A stretch of DNA of 64,000 nucleotides, taken from contig CBFIDV010000013.1 of assembly GCA_965661455.1 (NCBI GenBank), forward strand, positions 2,413 through 66,412. Direction: 5' to 3'. Origin of the DNA: Roseivirga sp. Lineage in GTDB: Bacteria; Bacteroidota; Bacteroidia; Cytophagales; Cyclobacteriaceae. Each line of letters begins with the position of its first letter. The stretch's first letter is position 1. The position numbers and the translations under genes are program-made. The notes below the pieces were generated by a model. The model was not told the DNA's origin. It saw only the letters and a list, made by a program, of their open reading frames with translations, and made no database searches. Of this stretch, positions 56,868 through 64,000 are shown piece by piece.

Positions 56868-57392
56868 ATGAAATCTCTAAAATCGCTTTTACTCCTGTCA
56901 TTCTTTTGTCTCTTAGCCCTTAGCTGTGGTGATGACGAAGCAGATTATAATCCAAGCGATCAATTTCAAATTGATTTAGCTCAGATTACCGCTTACTTAG
57001 CAGAAAATGAGATTGAAGCTGAGAGCGACCCAACGGGACTATTTTATACCATCGATACTGAAACTAGTAACGATTATGCGACACAGGGAAATAATGTAAC
57101 CGTTAACTACGAGTTGTATAATTTCGATGGGGAACTGTTGGATACAAATTTGGAAGCAGCAGCAAGAGCAGGAGGTATTTACAATTCTACTCGACAATAC
57201 GCACCATTCCCTGTTTTATTAGGAGCAGGAAGAGTAATCCCTGGGTTTGAAAGAGCCTTATATCTGTTAAGATTGGGTGAAAAAGGGACATTCTACATTC
57301 CATCTGTCTTAGGATATCAAAATCAAAACCTTGGTAATATTGGCCCTAATGAAAATCTCATCTTTGTGATTGAGATGCTAACCATAGAATAG
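56868..57392 (+). CDS. FKBP-type peptidyl-prolyl cis-trans isomerase, lipoprotein
   Basis: 174 aa with a lipobox ALSCG, then VTVNYELYNFDGELLDT and VIPGFERALYLLRLGEKGTFYIPS. Confidence 0.85.
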   Translation: MKSLKSLLLLSFFCLLALSCGDDEADYNPSDQFQIDLAQITAYLAENEIEAESDPTGLFYTIDTETSNDYATQGNNVTVNYELYNFDGELLDTNLEAAARAGGIYNSTRQYAPFPVLLGAGRVIPGFERALYLLRLGEKGTFYIPSVLGYQNQNLGNIGPNENLIFVIEMLTIE

Positions 57393-57489
57393 AGCCCTCA
57401 AATAATCTATTAGCTTACCATTTGTACTAAACTGTTTCTCTGGTGAAAAGCTGTATCTTAATTTGACTTTAAGATTAACCTTTATCACA

Positions 57490-60400
57490 ATGAAACTTCT
57501 ACCTAGAGTTCTCCTCCTTTTACTTCTTATTTCGAGCACTTCCGTTTTCGGACAAAAATTAGACATGTCGCTTTTAGGCGATATGAAACCTAGAAGCATT
57601 GGCCCAGCTGGTGCCAGTGGTAGAGTCACTGCCGTAGACGTGGTTTTGAGTAACCCCGACATTGTTTATCTGGGCTCCGCAGCTGGGGGATTGTGGAAAT
57701 CTATTAATGGAGGGTCTACTTGGGAAGTAATTTTTGATGATGGTAAGTCTGCATCAATTGGGGCCATAGCCATTAACCAAAGTAACCCCAATGTTATTTG
57801 GGTAGGCACCGGTGAAGGCAACCCTAGAAACAGCATGAACAATGGGGCTGGTATGTATAAGACCATCGATGGTGGTCATACCTGGGAGTTTATTGGGCTC
57901 GAAAACACCAATGGCATTCACAGAATCATACTTCATCCAGATAACCCTAAGCTGGCAGTTGTGGCTGCTACGGGAACACCTTGGGGAGAAAACCCAGAAA
58001 GAGGAATTTACAAAACAGAAGATGGCGGCAAATCATGGACAAAGACACTCTACGTTGATGAAAAAACAGGAGCCGCTGATTTAGTGGTTGATCCATCGAA
58101 CCCAAATAAATTAATAGCTGCCATGTGGGAACACAGAAGATGGCCTTGGTTCTTCAATTCTGGAGGACCCGGATCAGGAATTTTTGTGAGCTTCGATGGA
58201 GGAGACACATGGACAAAAAGAACAAGTGAAGATGGCTTACCTAATGGCGAATTAGGCCGTATTGGGTTAACGATAGCCCCTTCCGATCCTGATCGTATAT
58301 ATGCTTATGTTGAGTCTAAGTCGAATGCTATTTACCGTTCCAATGATGGTGGATTCACTTGGTCAAGAGCATCTAAACCTAAGGATTCTGGCATAGGCGG
58401 AAGACCATTCTATTACGCAGACATTTACGCTGATCCTAAAAACGAGAACAGAATCTACAGCATTCATTCTACTGTAACCGTTTCAGAAGATGCGGGCAAA
58501 ACCTGGTCTACCTTTGTGGCAGGCAACAAAGTACACACCGACCATCACGTGTGGTGGATTAATCCGGAAGATCCTGAGTTCATCATGAATGGCCATGATG
58601 GTGGATTAACCATTACCAGAGACAGGGGGAAGAAATGGCAATTTGTAGAGAGCCTTCCTCTAACTCAGTTTTATCATGTAAGAGTAGACAATGATGTGCC
58701 CTACAACGTTTATGGTGGTTCTCAAGACAATGGTTCTTGGAGAGGTCCGAGCCAGACTTGGTTTAAAGGAGGTATTCGCAACTTCTATTGGCAACGACTA
58801 AGTGTTGGCGATGGATTCGATATGGTACCTGACCCAAGAGACAACCGCTATGGCTGGTCTATGGGGCAAGGTGGAAACCTTAATTATTATGACCGAGTAT
58901 CAGGACTTCTCTACAAAGTTCAACCGACTCATCCTGAAGGCATCCCGCTTAGGTTCAATTGGAATGCAGCTGTCGCAATAGATCCAATCAACCAAGATGT
59001 GGCTTACTATGGAAGTCAGTTTTTACATAAAACGAATGATAATGGAAAAAGCTGGGAGTTAATTTCTCCAGACCTCACGACAAACGACCCGGCAAAGCAA
59101 GACACTAAAACAGGTGGTCTCACCTTAGACAATACTCAAGCCGAAAATCATACCACAATCATTACGATTTCTCCTAGTGCGGTTCAGGAAGGCGTGATCT
59201 GGGTTGGCACTGATGATGGCAATGTTCAAGTGACCAGAGATGGTGGCCAAACATGGACGAATACCGTAAACAACTTTAAAGGGCTACCGGCTAATGCTTG
59301 GATTGCTCAAATTCAAGCCTCCACTTACAATGCAGGTGAAGCATTTGCGACCATAGACAATCACAGAATGCATGATTGGACTCCTTACGTTTACCACACT
59401 AAAAATTATGGTAAGAGCTGGACACGATTAGTAGATGACACCGATATGAGAGGTGCCACGCTAAGCTTTTTACAAGATCCAGAAGCACCTAACCTCATGT
59501 TCACAGGCACAGAATTTGGGCTTTGGGTGAGTATTGATGCTGGAGAAAACTGGACACAGTGGACCAACGGATATGGCTCAATACCGACACAAGACATGGT
59601 AATTCAAGAACGTGAAGCCGACTTGGTGATAGGAACCTTTGGTAGATCGTTCTATATCCTAGACGATATTAGACCGCTAAGAGCATTAGCAAGTGGCAAG
59701 AGTTTAGACGAAGAGGTTATTGCTTTTGAAGCTCCAAATGCCGTAGAAGCGAGTATTGGCGAATCTTTTGGTTATCGCTTTGGCAAAGTTGGAGATGCAC
59801 TTTACGAAGGCGAAAACCGACCTTATGGCGCCTTAATGACCTACTACTTAAAAGAGGCAGACGAAGAGGCGAAAGACTTGGATGACCGTGTAAAAGTTGA
59901 AATCAAAGACAAGGCTGGGCAGGTCATCAGAACCTTATATCGCCAGCCAAAAGCAGGGGTTAACCGATTCAATTGGAGGCTAGAAAGAAATGGAGTCAGA
60001 AACCCTGCTCGATCTAAACCGACAAAGACTACTCAGCCTTCAGGCGGTATGCAGGTTCTCCCTGGCGATTACTCCGCAACCGTTACTTACAAGGGCAAGA
60101 GTAGTACCACTTCGTTTGAAGTGCAAAGTGACCCACGCCTGTCTGTTAATCAATCGGAGATGATGGCCAAAGAAGAAATGATTAAATCCTTCATGGCTAC
60201 TCAGCAAGACCTCACCCATATCGCAGATCAGATTAGGGATGCCAAAGCGTCAATAGAGCTGGTGAATATGCGGGCCAAGGAAACTGAGAACGAAGCCTTA
60301 ATGGCAAAGAGTAAGACGATGATGGAAAAGCTGAATGAATACTATTATCAGATCGTGAATAGGTCAGTTCAAGGGATTTACAGAGACCCAGCAGTCATTT

Positions 60401-60597
60401 CTAATCAGATGTCGGGCGTTGGTTCAAAACTTCAATCGCCTCAGGTACCGAAGAGTAAGAATCAAGAAACGGCACTTAAGCAATTTCAAGATTTGGTCAG
60501 CAATTTTAAGGGCAGCTTTGACAATATGATGAACTTGGAATATGGCGCTTACAAAGACTATGTGAAAGGCGTTGACCTAAGTGTTTTTGACAGATAA
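57490..60597 (+). CDS. BNR/Asp-box repeat (sortilin/VPS10-like) secreted protein
   Basis: Start moved to ATG 57490 (MKLLPRVLLLLLLISSTSVFGQ). It has at least 10 Asp-boxes (SINGGSTW, TIDGGHTW, TEDGGKSW, SFDGGDTW, SNDGGFTW, SEDAGKTW, TNDNGKSW, TRDGGQTW, SIDAGENW ...). Confidence 0.85.
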   Translation: MKLLPRVLLLLLLISSTSVFGQKLDMSLLGDMKPRSIGPAGASGRVTAVDVVLSNPDIVYLGSAAGGLWKSINGGSTWEVIFDDGKSASIGAIAINQSNPNVIWVGTGEGNPRNSMNNGAGMYKTIDGGHTWEFIGLENTNGIHRIILHPDNPKLAVVAATGTPWGENPERGIYKTEDGGKSWTKTLYVDEKTGAADLVVDPSNPNKLIAAMWEHRRWPWFFNSGGPGSGIFVSFDGGDTWTKRTSEDGLPNGELGRIGLTIAPSDPDRIYAYVESKSNAIYRSNDGGFTWSRASKPKDSGIGGRPFYYADIYADPKNENRIYSIHSTVTVSEDAGKTWSTFVAGNKVHTDHHVWWINPEDPEFIMNGHDGGLTITRDRGKKWQFVESLPLTQFYHVRVDNDVPYNVYGGSQDNGSWRGPSQTWFKGGIRNFYWQRLSVGDGFDMVPDPRDNRYGWSMGQGGNLNYYDRVSGLLYKVQPTHPEGIPLRFNWNAAVAIDPINQDVAYYGSQFLHKTNDNGKSWELISPDLTTNDPAKQDTKTGGLTLDNTQAENHTTIITISPSAVQEGVIWVGTDDGNVQVTRDGGQTWTNTVNNFKGLPANAWIAQIQASTYNAGEAFATIDNHRMHDWTPYVYHTKNYGKSWTRLVDDTDMRGATLSFLQDPEAPNLMFTGTEFGLWVSIDAGENWTQWTNGYGSIPTQDMVIQEREADLVIGTFGRSFYILDDIRPLRALASGKSLDEEVIAFEAPNAVEASIGESFGYRFGKVGDALYEGENRPYGALMTYYLKEADEEAKDLDDRVKVEIKDKAGQVIRTLYRQPKAGVNRFNWRLERNGVRNPARSKPTKTTQPSGGMQVLPGDYSATVTYKGKSSTTSFEVQSDPRLSVNQSEMMAKEEMIKSFMATQQDLTHIADQIRDAKASIELVNMRAKETENEALMAKSKTMMEKLNEYYYQIVNRSVQGIYRDPAVISNQMSGVGSKLQSPQVPKSKNQETALKQFQDLVSNFKGSFDNMMNLEYGAYKDYVKGVDLSVFDR

Positions 60598-60693
60598 GCA
60601 TAAATGCTGACAGAAAAATGACATGATGTCACTACAGTTGAATTGGTATAGCTTTTGACAATAGCTGCCCGATTAAAAAAATGTAAAAACGTT

Positions 60694-62589
60694 ATGCAAG
60701 AAAAAGGTACCATCTCGATCCACACCGAGAATATCTTTCCAATCATTAAGAAGTTCTTATACTCAGACCATGAGATCTTCTTAAGAGAATTGGTGTCGAA
60801 CTCGGTAGATGCAACTCAAAAGATTAAAAGACTAGCGTCACTTGGTGAATACACTGGAGACTTAGGAGAAACTCGTGTTGAAGTTTCTGTAGACAAAGAC
60901 AAAAAGACCCTCACCATTAGCGATAGCGGTATCGGTATGACTGCTAAGGAGATCAAAAAATACATTAACCAGATTGCCTTCTCTGGAGCTACCGAATTCG
61001 TTGAGAAATTCAAAGATGCTGGAGATGCCAAGGAGATCATTGGTAAGTTCGGTTTAGGTTTCTACTCTGCCTTTATGGTAGCAGGAAACGTTGAAATAGA
61101 TTCGCTTTCGTATCAAGAAGGTTCAGAGCCCGCCAAATGGGTTTGTGACGGTAGCACCGAGTTCGAAATCTCGGCTGGCTCTCGTACTACAAGAGGTACA
61201 ACCATTACACTTCACATCAACGAAGATTCTGAAGAATTCTTAGAAGAAGCAAGAGTACAAGGCATCTTAGATAAGTATGCTAAATTCTTGCCTATTGAAG
61301 TGATGTTCGGCCAAAAAGACGAGTCTGTTCCTGATGGAGAAGATAAAGAAGGCAAGCCGAAATATAAGACAGTTAAGAAGGACAACATCATTAACAACAC
61401 GGCTCCAATCTGGACCAAGTCTCCTTCTGACCTAACAGACGAAGATTACCTTCAATTCTACAAAGAGCTTTATCCATTCTCTGAAGATCCGCTTTTCTGG
61501 ATTCATTTGAATGTTGATTACCCATTTGAGCTAACAGGAATTTTGTACTTCCCGAAATTGAAAAATGATTTCGAAGTACAGAAGAACAAAATTCAGCTTT
61601 ACTCACGCCAGGTATTCATTACTGACGAAGTAAAAGATGTGGTTCCTGAATTCTTAATGCTGCTGCATGGAATTGTTGACTCCCCAGACATTCCGTTGAA
61701 CGTATCAAGAAGTTACCTTCAGTCAGATGGAAACGTGAAGAAGATCAATTCTTACATCACCAAAAAAGTGGCAGACAAGCTGGGTGATCTCTTCAAGAAA
61801 GAAAGAGAATCTTACGAATCTAAATGGGATGACATTGGGTTATTCGTGAAATACGGAATGATCTCAGAAGAGAAATTCTATGAAAAAGCGAAAGACTATG
61901 CATTGGTTAAAAACGTGGACGGTAAGTGCTTTACCCTAGATGAGTATTCGGCACATATTGAAGCGAACCAAACGGATAAAGACAAGAACAAGATCTGGCT
62001 ATATGCAAATGATCCTGCTAGACAGCATACATTTACCGCGGCAGCTCAAGACAAAGGTTACGATGTACTCGTTTTCGATACGCCTATTGATAGCCACTTC
62101 ATTAACCACATGGAGACCAAGTTGGAGAACACACAAATTAAGCGTGTGGATGCCGACAACATTAATAAGCTAATTGATAAGGATGAGAAGCAAGAATTAG
62201 CCATCTCTGATGATGAGAAAGAAAGCCTAAAATCTAGCTTTGAGAAGGCAATTGACAATGGTACTTACAAGGTAGAAGTGCAACCATTGGCTCCATCTGA
62301 CGCACCTGTTACGGTAACCATGCCTGAGTTTATGCGAAGAATGAAGGAGATGCAAGCAACTGGTGGCGGTGGCGGTTTCAATATGTTTGGGAGTATGCCA
62401 GACAGCTGGGATGTAACCGTTAATGGTAACCACCCATTAGCTGATAAAATCTTAAAAGCTAAAACTGATAAGACAAAAGAGAAAGTAGCGAAGCAAGCAT
62501 TTGATTTGGCACTGCTCTCTCAAGGTTTATTGGAAGGTGCTGACCTGACTAACTTTATCAAAAGAAGTACAGATTTGCTGAGTAAGTAA
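60694..62589 (+). CDS. htpG: molecular chaperone HtpG (Hsp90)
   Basis: Start moved to ATG 60694 (MQEKGTISIHTENIFPIIKKFLYSDHEIFLRELVSNSVDA). It has a GHKL ATPase N-domain: DSGIGMT, GKFGLGFYSAFMVA. Confidence 0.96.
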   Translation: MQEKGTISIHTENIFPIIKKFLYSDHEIFLRELVSNSVDATQKIKRLASLGEYTGDLGETRVEVSVDKDKKTLTISDSGIGMTAKEIKKYINQIAFSGATEFVEKFKDAGDAKEIIGKFGLGFYSAFMVAGNVEIDSLSYQEGSEPAKWVCDGSTEFEISAGSRTTRGTTITLHINEDSEEFLEEARVQGILDKYAKFLPIEVMFGQKDESVPDGEDKEGKPKYKTVKKDNIINNTAPIWTKSPSDLTDEDYLQFYKELYPFSEDPLFWIHLNVDYPFELTGILYFPKLKNDFEVQKNKIQLYSRQVFITDEVKDVVPEFLMLLHGIVDSPDIPLNVSRSYLQSDGNVKKINSYITKKVADKLGDLFKKERESYESKWDDIGLFVKYGMISEEKFYEKAKDYALVKNVDGKCFTLDEYSAHIEANQTDKDKNKIWLYANDPARQHTFTAAAQDKGYDVLVFDTPIDSHFINHMETKLENTQIKRVDADNINKLIDKDEKQELAISDDEKESLKSSFEKAIDNGTYKVEVQPLAPSDAPVTVTMPEFMRRMKEMQATGGGGGFNMFGSMPDSWDVTVNGNHPLADKILKAKTDKTKEKVAKQAFDLALLSQGLLEGADLTNFIKRSTDLLSK

Positions 62590-62654
62590 GTACCGTCCGC
62601 AAGCGACCATTACCGTTCTTAATAGGACGTTTTACATAAAACTCTATCCGAATA

Positions 62655-62690
62655 AAGGCTGTTTCTAGTTAAGAAACAGCCTTTTTCTTT
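62655..62690 (+). terminator. rho-independent terminator (htpG)
   Basis: AAGGCTGTTTCT-agtta-AGAAACAGCCTT (12 bp) followed by TTTCTTTT. Confidence 0.8.
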
Positions 62691-62753
62691 TGGCATTCTA
62701 TTTGGCTAAGCACAAACACAAAAGCGCTAAATTTATCTACTATATTTTTCAAC

Positions 62754-64000
62754 ATGCTCAAAATTGCTTGGCGAAATGCTTTAAGACAAAAGCAGTTTAC
62801 CTTCTTAAACATCACAGGGCTTTCGATAGGAATTACCGCCTGCTTACTGGTGGCTCTTTACGTAGCCGATGAGTACAAGTACGATAAGTTTTTTAAGGAG
62901 ACTGATTCAATCTACAGAGTACACATGCCCATGATTTGGGGCGATTGGGCTGAGGAGTTTACATCAACTGGACCTAACGTAGGTATTGCCTTGAGCGAAG
63001 ACATCCCAGAATTTGAGCATGTCACTAGAATTCACGATCCCGTAGCCGATTATCTCTCGGTTGTCGACAAAAATGGTACAAAAACTGAATTTGAAGAATC
63101 TCGCTTTTTTGTAGCAGACACTAATTTTTTCGAAGTCTTTTCTTTCGAGTTTATAGCTGGTAATCGCGAAACAGCCTTTAAATCACCCGGTCAAGTAATT
63201 CTTACTGAAGAAACAGCTAAAAGGTATTTCAAAGACGAAGATCCAATTGGCAAAATCATAAGTATTGATAGAGGTGAATCTAAAGGAAACTTGATCGTCT
63301 CAGTAGTAATAGAAAATATACCCGTCCACTCTCACATTCAATTCGATATGCTGGCGACCATGTACACTGTTCCTTTTATTGAGGCAGGGCAATGGTCATG
63401 GATCTGGATAACTTTTGGCACCTACGGAAAAGTTAAACCTGGGGTAGATATTGAAAAGTTAGAAGCAAAGATTCAAGCTATTCCATCAAAATGGGGAGAA
63501 GTGACAGCCAATAGAGTTTTCGATCAAACTTGGGATGAATACATTGGTGAGAAGAACTGGTTTCTAAAACTCCAACCACTCAACGAGGCCTATATCAATA
63601 CCCCTCCTTCAGGAAATCGGTTTGGCCCATCGGCCAATATGCAATACATCAGAATCTTTATTTCAGTTGGAATACTCATCTTGATCTTGTCATCAGTGAA
63701 TTTCATGAACCTCTCTACCGCTAGGTCAACCAAAAGGGCTAAAGAGGTTGGTATTAGAAAAGTACTTGGTTCTGAAAGAAGACAACTGATCACACAATTC
63801 ATATTTGAGTCAACGCTCTATGTATTGGTCTCTACGCTGTTAGCGATTGTTCTCACCGAGTTCTCACTAAACTCGTTTAATGCCATCACGGGTAAAAACT
63901 TAAGTCTTAATAGCCAGCTGATTCAAATCCCTCAACTCTCTATTTTACTTGGTTTTATCATAACGCTTGGCTTTTTGGCCGGCTCCTATCCTGCATTATA
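62754..64000 (+). CDS. ABC transporter permease (FtsX/MacB-type), 5' part (open at window end)
   Basis: Hand translation from ATG 62754 gives MLKIAWRNALRQKQFTFLNITGLSIGITACLLVALYVADEYKYDKFF..., then ...RAKEVGIRKVLGSERRQLITQFIFES (FtsX signature). It is absent from the ORF track because it is unterminated. Confidence 0.85.
   Translation, partial: MLKIAWRNALRQKQFTFLNITGLSIGITACLLVALYVADEYKYDKFFKETDSIYRVHMPMIWGDWAEEFTSTGPNVGIALSEDIPEFEHVTRIHDPVADYLSVVDKNGTKTEFEESRFFVADTNFFEVFSFEFIAGNRETAFKSPGQVILTEETAKRYFKDEDPIGKIISIDRGESKGNLIVSVVIENIPVHSHIQFDMLATMYTVPFIEAGQWSWIWITFGTYGKVKPGVDIEKLEAKIQAIPSKWGEVTANRVFDQTWDEYIGEKNWFLKLQPLNEAYINTPPSGNRFGPSANMQYIRIFISVGILILILSSVNFMNLSTARSTKRAKEVGIRKVLGSERRQLITQFIFESTLYVLVSTLLAIVLTEFSLNSFNAITGKNLSLNSQLIQIPQLSILLGFIITLGFLAGSYPAL

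Noticed and set aside
62690-62872. 60-aa track ORF at the start of the last gene
   Set aside because: It is out of frame with, and overlapped by, the well-supported FtsX/MacB permease ORF that starts at 62754 and stays open to the window end.

Overview
This is a chromosomal segment that looks Bacteroidota (Cytophagia/Flavobacteriia-like). The evidence is the rplM-rpsI-rpsB-tsf and nusB-DUF1573-yajC-ybbR-coaE gene orders, the DUF-family content, and TAnnTTTG -7 boxes. It is densely coding (about 60 genes) and mostly housekeeping: recA, queA, ispD, ettA, lipA, gcvP, pyrC-type dihydroorotase, truA, thiolase, htpG, tRNA-His, a two-component system, ABC exporters and FtsX permeases. I saw no CRISPR array, rRNA, transposase, integrase or recognisable defence system. 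Seven places are not explained by ordinary annotation. (1) 1000-2240 is a 1.2-kb non-coding stretch. It holds REP-like fragments, an unlisted 57-codon CxxC ORF, and four tandem diverged copies of the 5' end of an orphan PqqB-like lipoprotein gene, each bracketed by a 12-nt inverted repeat. (2) 18200-23203 is an oxidative (3-keto-glycoside type) sugar cluster with a nucleoside-symporter-family transporter, next to a GMC oxidoreductase pair. (3) 23175-24272 is a truncated 7TMR-DISM receptor remnant. (4) tRNA-His carries two U-U mismatches in its acceptor stem and is followed by an AT-rich 1.75-kb islet (42600-44355) with a nonsense-riddled LRR-like gene and two orphan ORFs. (5) A four-helix-bundle (rRNA-IVS-type) gene cassette with inverted GTTAG-rich flanks sits between thiolase and truA. 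(6) A FabH-like/FabI-like gene pair is translationally coupled. (7) A GyrI-like gene is translationally coupled to an ABC exporter. None of these can be shown to be a new system from sequence alone; the repeat array at 1750-2238 and the tRNA-adjacent islet are the best candidates for follow-up. All family names come from motif recognition by eye, not from database searches.
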